A stretch of 64,000 bases of DNA, taken from the NCBI GenBank assembly GCA_026023565.1, contig JAPETS010000028.1, positions 372,001 through 436,000 on the forward strand. Reading direction: 5' to 3'. The stretch is from Cirrosporium novae-zelandiae. Taxonomy: Eukaryota. Under the pieces are notes generated by a model. That model searched no databases. It saw nothing but the letters and a program-made list of their open reading frames with translations, and was not told where the DNA came from. Position numbers and translations under genes: made by a program. Of this stretch, positions 24,402 to 37,282 are shown one piece after another. Position 1 is the first letter of the stretch. Every line of letters begins with the position of its first letter.

Positions 24402-26192
24402 ATGGCGACCTTAGGAAATAGCATCAATTTCGATCGAAATGATATTGCCATCATCATACCAGGCAAGCTGAATGCTCACATTGTGTCCTATAAACAACTA
24501 GCAGTTGACATTGTCAAATTTCAACAAAAACTCGCATCTCTTGGTATCAAGCACGAGAACGCCGTCTCAATCGCTCTGCCAAATACCTATGAATTTGTGG
24601 TATCATTCCTCGCAGCATCGTGGCAACGAGCCATCGCCGCGCCCCTGAATCCCGCATACAAGCAGGAGGAATTCGAATTCTACATTGATGATTTGAGCTC
24701 TGCGGTTGCACTGGTTCCACGAGGAGCCTTTGCTCAAGATGCTCCTGCTGTGCGAGCAGCGAGGAAATACAAGGCCGCTATTGCCGAGTGTTATTGGGAT
24801 GGTAAGGAGGTTGTACTAGATGTAAAGGATCAGGGGAAGTTGGCTGGACAGGTCAATCAAGCTGTTTTGAAGCCTCAGCCAGAAGATGTTGCTCTTGTTT
24901 TGCATACTAGCGGAACGACTGGCAGACCTAAAGCCGTAAGCTTGCTCGATATTCGAAGATGGCACCGCTCAATATATTCTAGGTTCCTTTATCGCATCGC
25001 AACCTCACTCGAACCATGAGTACGCTCCTTGTTTATCTTTTCGTTCCTGCAGAACAATGCGTTGACACAGAATAGAGAATATCCAAGCGACTTACGAACT
25101 AACACCTCAAGATCGCACCATGCTCGTCATGCCTCTCTTCCACGTTCATGGGCTCCTTGCCGCCCTCCTAGCCCCTCTCGCTTCCTCCGGCTCTATCATC
25201 ATTCCAGCCCGTTTCTCTGCCTCACAATTCTGGAACGATTTCAATACCTACCACGCCAACTGGTACACCGCCGTACCAACAATCCACCAAATCCTCCTCC
25301 GAAACCCACCCCCTGACCCAAAGCCCCATATCCGCTTCATCCGATCCTGCTCCTCCCCCTTATCTCCCAAAGTATTCCATGAGCTGGAAAAGACATTCAA
25401 CGCGCCCGTCCTAGAAGCGTACGCGATGACAGAAGCGGCACATCAAATGACATCAAATCCGCTCCCACATAACGGAAAGCGGATCCCTGGCAGCGTTGGC
25501 AAAGGCCAAGGTGTCGAGGTGGCAATCCTCGATCAATCTGGCACAGAAGTCGCCCGTGGAAGCGAAGGCGAGATCTGTATCCGCGGGCCTAACGTCACGA
25601 AGGGCTACCTCAACAACGCGGCGGCTAATAAGTCCTCGTTCACTTCTACAGGATTCTTCCGCACCGGCGATCAGGGCAAGATGGATGGGGATGGCTACGT
25701 TTACATCACGGGCCGTATCAAGGAACTGATTAATAAAGGTGGGGAGAAAATTAGTCCGATTGAATTAGATAACGCGATTGCGCAGCATGCCAAGATCGCG
25801 GAGGCTGTTAGTTTCGCCATCGAAGATGAGATGTATGGACAGGATATCGGGGTTGCTATTGTAATGAAGGATGGGCAGAAACTTCGGGAGACAGAACTGA
25901 AGAATTGGATTTCGGAGAAGCTTGCGAAGTTTAAAAATCCGAAGAAAGTAAGGAAGAAGAGCTTTTCCTATTATTCACATAATTGATCGGTTTGGAGAGC
26001 AAGCAACCCTCTCCCTCCCTCTCTTTGCTTTCTCCTCCTTCATTACTCCATCAAGAACACCAAACTAATACAAATGAACAAACACAGATTTTTTTCACAA
26101 AAACGATGCCCAAGACAGCAACAGGAAAAGTGCAGCGAAGAATGGTTGCGGAAGCAATGCTAAAGCAGGAAATCCCGAAAGCCAAGTTATAA
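24402..26192 (+). CDS. PCS60: Peroxisomal oxalate--CoA ligase (Pcs60/Fat2 family); 3 introns; PTS1 -AKL
   Basis: AMP-binding motif LHTSGTTGRPKA-VPL, MPLFHVHGL, FIRSCSSPL, EAYAMTEAAHQMTSNPLP, MPKTATGKVQRR and terminal AKL. Confidence 0.92.
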
Positions 26193-27604
26193 ATTTCTCG
26201 GCGCCAAGGACCAAATATTATACAATATTAGATTATAGAAATGGGAAAGAAAGAAGCTTGAGGTTTTCTGTGCGTGTTTGTTTATCTGCCTGTCTGTTCG
26301 CTCAGCGTTTATAAATTGTTTGTATAGTTTTATGTATGTATATGTATGTACATGATCAACTACAATTCTCTGTTCACATATCATGCACGCATATAGGTAT
26401 TTACTCCCGCATAATGTCAATACAGAAGATATATAAGAATATCACTAGGTAAGCAATCCGGCATTCAGGACTGAACAGATGCCTCCTCGATAAGCTACAA
26501 AAAAATCTAGCGAAATTGAGGCCGAGCGCAATAGAAGTATATGGGTGTGGTTATTGGGGAGAAGCATTATTAGCATGTTACGGTGTACGTACACAGATAC
26601 CAATACCTAAAAGCTCACCACCCGACCTTTTAATCAATAAACAACAGTTGACAGTCTAGTCGTTGAAGGATTCACATCCACCTAACCTTAAAACCCCTGA
26701 GTATCCAATCCATCTATCTCCACCAGTACCATTAGTTACGCTTAACCAACCAGGTACATACTTGCGCGCTCTTAAAACGTTCCCAAAAGTGTCAAAGAAA
26801 TTTCCGGGTCAAACGCCACTACCACCACTACCAAAAGCAAACCGGCCAACAAACAACGGCTCCAGCTACTATTTATATTTCCTCCTTCTACTTTTGGATT
26901 AATATAATTATCAACTACCACGGTGGATCGAAAAAGAGAGTGGGAAATTAAACTTTTCTCACTTGGCTATATGTGGTTAGCGTTTAACGGTTAACCATCC
27001 CAAGTTTAACTTGACATTTTAAGCTTGTCCGAGATTGCATTAACAATTTTCCTTACGGTGTACTTGAAATGTAACCCACTAATTAGCTATTCCACAGAGC
27101 CTCCAAGGACTAAAAGGATCATGATTCATGAATGTTTTCTTTCCTACTTGCCTGGGCTCGTCCCTTGAGCAAGTATCTAAATACTAACCCTGCAACCTAC
27201 TGAGGAAAGCAATAAACGGACCCAAGATCAGGCAAACAAAGCACTAACCAGGGTTTATACATATTATACAATATGCTTAAGAACTAAGCTTTTCCCCTTT
27301 CAACGGAAGGATTCCATTAGGCCGTTTCCTTCCTTCCATTGAACGTTTAGTTAAATGCTGGTTGGTGAGTCTGGGAGATTTTGGGATCGTATTGATTGAG
27401 GCCATATCATGTTATGTCTTTGATTTGAGGCTCTGCGGTTCCTTTCGTTCCTGGTGCCTAGTATACATAGAGAGAGGGAGGGTTTGGTTGGATCGGGACT
27501 CTATTAAATATTTATTATAAAGAGTGCACAGTTTCCCCCCTTGGAGGATATGTGTTAATAGGTACAGTTGATAGAAGTGACAATCTATTTTGTTTATTTT
27601 GTTT

Positions 27605-27613
27605 TATATAAAA
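27605..27613 (+). promoter_or_regulatory. Probable TATA box of the small secreted protein gene
   Basis: TATATAAAA about 75 bp upstream of ATG 27684; a second TATATAAA lies near 27653. Confidence 0.45.
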
Positions 27614-27683
27614 TATTACTTGCTTGCTACCGTTCATATTCATTCACTCACTTATATAAATCTAAACCTTCCTTACAAAAAAC

Positions 27684-28505
27684 ATGTCTCCCCTTTCTAA
27701 ATACCTCCTCTTGCTCTCGGCAACAATCCTCCCAGCTGCTGTCGCTGTTCCTAACGTTACTGTCGTTCCCGCTACTGGGGGCTGCTCCGCGTATCCCGAT
27801 TGGGATGCCTCGACCCAAATCGCAGGACCATGGATCCTAAGGGTGAGCCAGAGCGACAATAATACCATTGAAGGGTTCGGGGATACTTCGCAGTATATTC
27901 GGAAATCGGGAGATACAGGGATTCATATGGGAAGGGTAGGTGGTTTCTTTTTTATATTTTTTTTTCCTTTTGTGGGTTTCTACGTTTCTAGATCCCGTCC
28001 ATTTCGGTTTTTGAATAGATGGAAGCATTTCGTTATTTTCACGTCACAAGGATAACATCAAGACCTATATCCTAACCGCACCTATCCATTCTAGATGACC
28101 ATTGTCAACATGAACCAATACGCCAAAAACGCCATCCGCTGCAACGGCGCCACCAGCACCCTAGAAGCTTACACCGCCTCCGGTGTAAGCGGCTACGCCT
28201 GGAACGCCCTTTCCCTCTCCCCCTACCCTTACGATGCTGAATTGTTGTGGGGTCTCACCGGTGGCCTCACCGTCCAGGCTTACCACCATTATGTCGCCGG
28301 TGTACTACAGCCGGGTTTGTTTATCGGAAGTGGTAATGTGACGACGTGGGGGTATTTGTATCAGACTTCGGAAGGAAGTACGGATGGGCTGCCGTATTAT
28401 CAGATGAGATTGTTGGGAGAGGGGTCAGAGGTTCCAGGAGAGAATGGGACTGCTCTGTATCCTGGAGAGTTTAGGGGATTTTTAATGGTTGATGGGTCGT
28501 CGTAG
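27684..28505 (+). CDS. Small secreted protein of unknown function (220 aa); intron 27936-28094
   Basis: Signal peptide MSPLSKYLLLLSATILPAAVA; a phase-0 GTAGGT..CTAAC..TAG intron joins the two ORFs; Gly/Thr/Tyr-rich with 2 Cys. Confidence 0.8.
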
Positions 28506-29244
28506 AGAGTTTGGATGATTGGATGAGTGAGTAGATGGGGAAGGGTTAGAGAAGACGTTCCTTGGGGTGATGTGATTAGTTGGGTGGACATTTATACTTA
28601 TATATCACACAACCTGAGCTTGATCAAGAAGAGTGTTTCCGACCTCGCACTATTTGAAGATCTGCTAGATATAAATGATTAATGATGGTGGGAAAAAAGA
28701 ACCTAACGCCGCTTTATTCCCTTCTTTCTCCCTCCTTTTTTATTTTGCTATATAGGAGACAAATGTGAAAAAAAAAATCTATTGCAACCTATCACTTCGT
28801 CTCTTCCCCCCTCTTTTTCCTTGGTTATAGTAGACTCCCCACCAATGACCACCAAAGCATAAGCGCTAAAGAGGAGCAACTCTCAAGTCTGGTAGACAGA
28901 AGGAGTATGAGCGAGTTATTCATTTGATCCACGTAAGAAAGTCCTGAAACCCATAGTCATGAATAATAATGATAGCATTTCCGAGTGCCACTCAGTTGAA
29001 TGGAAAAAAAATTAAAGAGGAATATAATGAAAGATTATAAGATCAACTAGAGATGATCAATGGTGGAGGTAAAGATGTTGTGGTGCGGTGATTCGTCGCA
29101 GCACTACATGATGCAAACATGACAAACTTGTGTTAGAAATAATGAGCTTCCCATTTCCTATCCACCGCAAAACCAAACTCCAAACTCACAACATTCTTTG
29201 TTTCTTAATTCTTAATTCCTTTTTATTACTTTAGAGTCATTATC

Positions 29245-31003
29245 ATGGCTCCAGAGACATCTCAACCACGAGGGTCGATGCCCTCACTCTACGCCAACCT
29301 CCTTGATCCCGATGCCTCTACCTCAATACCAGGAACTATATCTCGCGCCCCGGTTGTTTTCAAGCACGACAGCCCTTCAGTAGGTGGCGACGCCTCTGAC
29401 AAGAAGCAGATCAGTGCCGGTAGCTCTCATCTACTCCCCTTATTACTTGTCTTATATTTGCCTGTCTTGCGGAACGAGATTTGCTCACAATTCTTATCGG
29501 TATTTCCGGTTTTGTAATCAATAGCAGCTTTAAGATTTCAACCTACGAAGAGACCACAACTTCAAAACCAAAAGGCAAAACCGAAACATGTACTCCCTCC
29601 TAAGCTACCCTCTCCCGAAAACGACGCTTCAAACCCCAATGCTCCTACGACATCCAATGCATTGCCTGTGCCCACCGGCAAAGCCACAACACTAGCAGAT
29701 TGGACCGCGCATGATTCGCCAGATGACTACTTTGAAGAGAGCACAAGGCGTCAACGCGGTGGTCGCAAGAGGCGCAAGAAGAATAAGGAAGAAGCTCCTC
29801 ATGTCCAAGACTGGGACGATATCTACGACCCCTCGAGACCGAATAACTATGAAGAGTATAAGCATAGCGATGAGAAGATCCGCGAAATTCGAGAATGGAA
29901 GGATAGGTTGTATGCGCATCGGTTGGCAAGAAGGAGTAGAAGTGAAACAAAGTCTGATAGTGAGGATGAGGACAGATATAGGCCAGGCTTTAAGAGTGAG
30001 ACTATAGATATTTCTTCAAGAACTACTCTAACACCGAACAGACTCAGGGTACAATTTTGCACCACCAGCAAGCTTTGCTCCCCCAGTAAGCTACGACTCG
30101 CCTCCAAAGGATTCTCCACCGCCACCACCTCCCCCAGCACCGGCTGTCGAAATCCCCGACGACCCAACCGGCGAAGACGCCTACGCTCGCCGTCTCCGTA
30201 TGACCCAAATATCCGCACAACCGCCGCCCCCACCCCCTCCACCTCCTTCCACTACCATAACCGATCCCAACGCAACCATCTCCCGCGCCCCCGTACGCTA
30301 CAACCTCCCACCCGCCCCAGCCGAAATCCCAGCCACAGAATCCGAACTCCACGCACTCTCCGAATCCCAACCCCAAGACGACACCCCATCAGCACCACAA
30401 GAAGTCGAAGCCGACGCAGAAGAAGCCCCGCGGTCTAACCGCCCAGGCCAAGCCGGCTTCGCGGAGCGCCTGCTACGGAAATACGGCTGGACTTCCGGCA
30501 CCGGTCTTGGCGCCAACAACACGGGCATTGTAACACCGCTAGCGGCGAAAGTAACCAAGCAGAAAAAGAAGCCGGATTCCGAGGGCGGGGGGTTCGCCAC
30601 TCCGAGCGGGATGGGAAAGATTGTAGGTGGGAAGAAGAAGAAGGGGGCGGAAGCCGAGGAGGGCAAGTTCGGGAAAATGAGCGAGGTCGTCATTCTGAAG
30701 GGGATGGTGGATGGCATGGATTTGGACGCGGAGATGCGCGGGGAGGGTGGCGGGCTGATGCAGGAGATTGGCGAGGAGTGTGCCGACAAGTATGGAAATG
30801 TGGAAAGGGTTTATATTCATCGTGATGGGGGGGAGGAGGATGCAGAGGGGAGGAAAACAGGCACACCCGTGTTCGTGCGCTTTACGAGTCAGCTATCTGC
30901 GCTTAGAGCCGTGAATGCATTGGAAGGGAGGATTTTCAATGGAAATACCATCCAAGCACGGTTTTTCGACTCGGAGAAATTCGAAAAGGGTATTTACGAA
31001 TAA
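29245..31003 (+). CDS. SPF45: Splicing factor SPF45/RBM17 (DRT111-like; SF45 motif, G-patch, UHM); introns 29420-29524/29527 and ~29996-30041/30047
   Basis: WDDIYDPSRPNNYEEY, G-patch FAERLLRKYGWTSGTGLG and UHM LMQEIGEECADKYGNVERV...ALRAVNALEGRIFNGNTIQARFF. Confidence 0.9.
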
Positions 31004-31760
31004 AGGAGATCTATCTCTACTTGCATTCGGTGCCGAGTTTGTATGAAGGCATTCACACTCTTAAGCATATTATATCATAACATCACAGTGGTGAAATTTT
31101 ACCCAAGGTATAAGCAAAAATAATGAATCGCAAAACCTAGATTGAACACCCATGGAATATATTTACCTATAGCTACGTAAATATACAGCAAAATGCGCAG
31201 AACCGCTTTAGTGCGCTTATTTCCCTTTCCATTCCTTGTTTTGCGCCGAAATGAGATGTGAAAAAAAAAGTTATAAGGAAAGGCCTCCAAGTTAGGTAGG
31301 TATAGTGATTTTGATGGCGATAATCATGTTTGATGACAAGAGGATCCGAATTCCGTATCTTTGTGTGTATTGTCGGTCAACGAGTACACGTGCACGAAGA
31401 CCATTTCTAGCACTGACACAAATTGGTAAGATAGTAGATATTAACGCCAGGACCCATCCTCCTGGCAAATGGAGGGGCACCACCAGTGAGTGCCGACATA
31501 GATAAAGGGATTTATCCAAAATCTCCCACCCAACCGCCCATCGTACACACAGGATACGGCAAGAGCAACGAACAGTGCATCCCAGCATTCCCTAATCCGT
31601 TCTCCTATACCCCTCTTAAAAGTTCCTAGTCATAACAAGAAGTGTCTTCTTTGCCCTTGCCCTTGCCCATGGAATAAAGCACACTGTAACCACTCGCCTT
31701 CATTCAACGCAATGCTATGAAAGCTTTCGTTATATACTTAAACAATTCTCAAAAACGCGG

Positions 31761-33304
31761 TCAGTATGCTGGTCTATTGTTGAGATTTCCAGGCTTTTCG
31801 TCCGTATCAATATGCCAGACAACATAGTTTGGAAGACCAACGACTTGGAAACCGGCACGTTTAGCCATTTTTGCGAAGCCCTCTGTTTCGGCTTGGTTCT
31901 CGAATGCATAACAAGGGAAGTTGATGCCTTCAATACATGTTAGCAAACCGCTGGTGATAGGGGTGACAATGAATGTATACCTGATCGATGCACATCTGCC
32001 TTGACGACGATATTAACACCACCAATTCCGTCAAGTTCAACCTCTTCGTCTTTGTTATTACGCCAGTCTCCCATAGAGGCGAGATATGTTCGTCCAGTGT
32101 TGTATTCGTCGTAGCCTATCATATAAAACAGTAAGTTTCTATGGTTCGAGAAGGGTTACTATTAAGCACTAACCTTCGGCCAGAACTGTATCCTTGGGAA
32201 GGCTTGCCGCCAGTCGTAGACCTTTGTCAGATTCAATCCAGGAATTGTAGTCAACTAGTAACAGTCAGCGATGTAATATAAGGGGATGAAGGAACCTGTC
32301 TTACATTTTCCTTCAATATCGCGTCCATTGACATAACGATGGAACCAGATATCTGGCTCTTGGTCAGCTTGCTTTCACGTGATAACAATAATTTAGACAT
32401 ACTAGGAACAAGAATGTCCTTGTCGTGGGCAATGAAATCTTCTAAGATCGTCTTGGGGCTATCCACGATGTCGACATCCCTCCAATAAACCCAAGAATGA
32501 TGAGGCTTCAAAGCACTATACAGAAGATAATTCCTCGCTCTACCAATGGCTTTGCGCCGTGGACCTTGGGCCTTGAAACCATGACGCTCAGTCACAGTTT
32601 GACTGATTTTGTTACCGAAATTTTTCTCAACTATCATTGCGTTATTGAAGGGAATCTTGTCAGATCTCTTTTGCACACGATCCAACTCCGAGGCCAAAAC
32701 AGCAAGGGTGTCATCGGTTGAGTCTCCAACGAGGAACGCCAAGTCAATCAGGTGATGAGGGTATGTGATTTCGGAGAGAAGATCGAAATATTTGTTAATA
32801 TAAGGCGCGGCATCTTTCAATGGAGTTAAGATAAGGATTCGTTCTTCATTGACGACAGCCTTTGTGGTGGATTTGATCGGATTCAGATCCACGTGCGAAA
32901 TTGAGGTGGAATTTATCTCGATAGGGGAATGATGGTTGAATAAAACTGGTGTCTGCAGGTGCTGACTCCATTCTGCCTGCTCACTCATAGACATCTCCAT
33001 AGGAGATTTCCAGGGACCCCAACAGTAAAATCTGTTTTGATTGTATCCACGCCATCAGCCATCTATAATCTAAAATTCCTATGGAGGTCGCATTTCTCCT
33101 GAGAGAGAATATAGGATGAATCCAAACAAACCTTTGCATTTCGGACGCTGACCCTCGTAGACCGCGCCATAATAACACCAGTATTCCGGCCAGGGCAACG
33201 AATAATAGGAATCGTGTTCGGGTAAGGAAATGTAAAATAGCTCTTGATGGTGGTAATCGAGCTTTGGTTGATTTCCAAGTTAGGCCGCCTTTCGGAAGTA
33301 GCAT
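31761..33304 (-). CDS. MNN9: Golgi mannan polymerase subunit Mnn9 (Anp1 family, GT62); 5 introns
   Basis: Type II TM anchor, ERILILTPL, YPHHLIDLAFLV, ARNYLL...HSWVYWRDVDI, LDGIGGVNIVVKADVHRSG-INFP and ETEGFAKMAKRAG. Confidence 0.9.
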
Positions 33305-33679
33305 GATGACGATGTGAAGATGCCCGACGGCACCTCTGCGCTGTCGATGTTTGAGGTCGGGGGGGGGGGGGGGTAATCGTCCCTCGAAAAGTTCAGGGCC
33401 TTCGCATACGTTGGTCTAAAACAATAGGTCCACCCTCAATGAAAATCACGGGGGGGTTTTGCTGGAGGCCCTCCACGGAAATCTGTTGTCCTTGTGGACA
33501 CAGTGAAGTTTAGAAACAAAACGAATGTGGTTTTGGGGGGAGGAAAATTAATTGTTGTTTGGAGTGGTTGAAGGTGAAGGTGGCAGTGACAGAAATGGTA
33601 AAGTAGGTTAAAGCTACCTCTCTCCGTATTATTAGTAGTAGGAGTAGTTTGTTAGTTTTAGTTGTGAGAGATATGGGTG

Positions 33680-33780
33680 AGGGATAGGGAACAGGATAGG
33701 ACTGGACTGGACTGGACCGGACAAGGCAGGGCAGAAGAAGACAGGACAGGGCAGGACAGGGCAGGAAGCGGCAGCGGCAG
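33680..33780. repeat. Degenerate pentamer repeat (GGACT/GGACA/GGGCA)n in the MNN9-STS1 divergent intergenic region
   Basis: Seen directly: ggactggactggactggaccggacaaggcagggcag...acaggacagggcaggacagggcagg. Confidence 0.75.
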
Positions 33781-34234
33781 TCGTACACTTCCGCATTTTC
33801 TATACTTTCTTTTAGTTCTCAGTGGTCAAGGGACACCCACAACTACCTAGTAGCACTCAAAGAATACCCGCCTTTAACCCCTAACAACCACCCCTACAGA
33901 CACCCCTAATGCCCAGTGTGGCCGTAAACAGATGTCTCCACTCTACACACCACCATCACCACCATCACCACCGTCACCATCCACCACCTACACTTTACCA
34001 CACCTATCCTCCCCCATCCAATTACGCCAAAACTACTCTAACTACAAAACTTTGACCAAAGTTACCCTTCACAGAATTAGTTATAACCACCCCCCCCCCC
34101 GCTAACTCTTTCTTAACGGCACCATAAAGACATTTCCAATCTTTCATTCGATTTTTTTCATTAACTCTGGATGTTCTTGATTACATCGAGAAGGAGTTAC
34201 AATCCTCTATACCTTCGAGGGTATTCTTTAGACA

Positions 34235-35230
34235 ATGAATAGCCTTTTAACCACTCCTCTAGCTTTTCCTCCTCATCTTCATCAAGATCCTCGTCTCTCT
34301 CCCGTTCGTTCCAGTAAGTCAACCCTAACAAAAGTCTTGGCTTAGCCCCTCTACCCATTGACTGACTTTGGATCCCCAGTGTCTTCACAGATGACCACCT
34401 CTTCTCGAAAACGGAAAGCAGACGACGATGAAACTTCGGGATATCAAGAGGATCGAATGTCCGCATCCCCGTCCAATTCTCCTGCCCTTCCGTCTCGATC
34501 GTTGCCGGCACACCGCCACAAAAAACGGGCAAGACCAAATCTATCTGGAAGAGCCCTTTCTCTTCCTCGACTTCTCGAGACATTAGATGCCGATGCCCTG
34601 CGTTCGGCGCTTCAAACAATCTGTCAACGGCATCCCGATATTGCCTCAGAACTTGTAAACACCGCCCCGAGGCCAAGCGTCGAATCCGCCCTTCAAGTTC
34701 TTTCCCGCTACGAACAAATTCTGAGAGCCTCCTTCCCTCTTGGTGGAAACCCTGCATCCGACTATTCATACAATAGAGTACGACAGCCCTTGCAAGATCT
34801 TTATGAAGCGTTGAACGATTTCACTCCCCACTTCTTACCACCAAATGAATCACAGACATCGACATCTCTCAGCTATCTAGATGGTGCTACCGATATTATA
34901 CACAAAATCCCGACATGGGATTCCCTACATCACAATCTCGACAAACAATCTGCATACGAAGAAATTTCAAAGGCGTGGGTCTTGGTAATCAGGGAGGCGG
35001 CTAAACGAGGAGGAGGCATTCAACTTCAATACGGTGGGTGGGATCAAAAATTAACCAAGCACAACGAGCTTGCTGGAGAGAACCTTCGTGATGCGGTTCA
35101 CGAACTGAGATCGAACCTTGGATGGATCGCGGGAGGGTCTTCGACCATTGATGATAGAGCTTCAATACGTCAACAACTTTTGTCTGGAACTTATGGGTCA
35201 AATGCATCCGTACGTGTTGGGCCATGGTAA
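34235..35230 (+). CDS. STS1: Sts1/Cut8 nuclear proteasome tether; intron ~34312-34379
   Basis: Exon 1 MNSLLTTP...[49 protein letters not shown] and [12 protein letters not shown]. Confidence 0.92.
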
Positions 35231-37282
35231 GATCATTTGGATTGGTCTGCATGATTGAATGAACAGTCTTTCGAGTGAGTTTGATTACACCTGCCTATCT
35301 ATGCATTAGATTGCGGGAGTTCATGAACAGGCGTCATTGTTCATAAGGGCTTTGCGTTTAGGATCTTTACCAGTGATGGCTGTCGATATCATTGCATGGG
35401 TCAAGGTTTATGAATAGTTAATTTTTACGATCGCTTCATTTCTTATGATGAGTTTTTGATAGTTTTTTCCTGGTTCGAATGAAATCCGTACATCTTGATA
35501 TACAGATGATAGTCCAGGTCTAACTTTCTAGTAGACCTGGGGAGTATTTTCAGAGTTTTAACTCTGATTAAGGTGTTCATGCGTCCACTATAAACAGCAA
35601 CGGCCTGGTCTATGTTTTAATATCCATGGGCTCATTGTTTTATATCAGAAGGCGAATTATAATTCAATCAGTCTTTTGGCTGCTGATACCCTGGGCGGGA
35701 AGACTTGGTCTTTCTCAAATTGCAACTATTACATTTTCATACTAGCAATATTTACAAATTTCTTATTGATTGGGATCTTCGCAGTTCCCTAGCAACGGAA
35801 ATTGCCTTTTTCAGGAACCGCCGCCTTGCCTTTCTTCTTAAGCCCTGCCGACTGTAAATAACGAGTATTCCAGGTACAACTTATCTACGCATAAAGTCGA
35901 AGAAGTGCTGTTAATGGACAGTGCTAAACCATTCATATTCGGGTCTTGCCTATACCTAGTCGTCTGGAACATTAACATAGTTTCCTTCAAAATCCACCAT
36001 ATTCCTCAATTCACGTTAAGGAGGCCCTTATACAAGATGGAGTTTTGGCCAAAGTTTACATTCATACCCAATTCTACGTGTGCATTGGAAAGGCCAAAAG
36101 ACTTGGAGTTGAAGGTTCGAAGTTGAGCGATGGCGTATGTAGTAGCCCGCTGAATCCTCCCGCCACTAACCTCGGGTTCCAATGCTCAGACCACCCTTGG
36201 ACCTTGATGGAAGACTGTCTATATCACCATGACTTGATAAAATCGCAGAAGGGCACATATTCATCTTGATCTCTACGTTGCGCACAAGTGATAAAGCCTA
36301 ATACCTTTCTACTTATCTCTTACATATGTATATCTCCACCAAGTCACTATTATGTCTCCCTTGTGCTACAATCCAGACATCCAGACATCTACAACACATA
36401 TCCACATTCAGCCGCAGGATAAAGAAAGTTGAACTTCAATTTAGTGTATCATTCTCAGCCCCCCCTCCATTTCCATCTTGCTGCCTATCGAATCAACTAA
36501 CCACTTTCGAGAATCGGCTTACGGAAAATGTCCAGTTTTGGGATTTACTCCACTCCGTTCCTAGGAAGATACATGTTGGCTTGTCCCCATCAGTCTGTCA
36601 GCCAGTCATCCAAACAGCTCCTCATCTGCACGTTGTTTTTTTAATTTTTCTCCCTCAAATTACGAAGACATGCAACCCGTTTCCTTTTCAACCCATTTTA
36701 TTAAAATGTGGCTTGGGGGTATCTGATTTGATATTTGGTCGCCATTGGGCGTTGAGAATCGAGTCATAATTATGGTATCAAGCGAGATATACGATTCGAC
36801 CAACATAACATGTCCGATACCCGTGATCGGACTGTGCCACATCCCTCGCCGCAAACCGATCGAGAAACTTGTAAGGCTAGGTTGTTTGAGGCATCGTTGA
36901 TTCGTCGTCCTGATTTCATAAATTGAGCAAGAGAGATGTTTCCTCCATACAGACGCAGCCTGATGGTCACCAATATATGAGATATGCATGCGGTACTGTA
37001 TAGCCGTCGCAAGTGCGGAACGGAACTTTGCCAGATCTATCGTGCTCTTTATACACATACTTATGTAGTAACTCCAGCTCAAGTGCAGCTAGATAGGCGG
37101 TTAGCTAACCGTAGCGGCAGGTCTAGTCTAATTTCCAGCAATGCTTATAAGAACCCTCCGGAAGAACCATCTAAAAGACTGAATCATCTTCGTGGGACGT
37201 ACTGAAACATCTCGGAAAATCCCCCCCAAGCCTGATTACCTACTTATCTATCGAGTAGTATTTTATACCATTTTCAGCTAAC

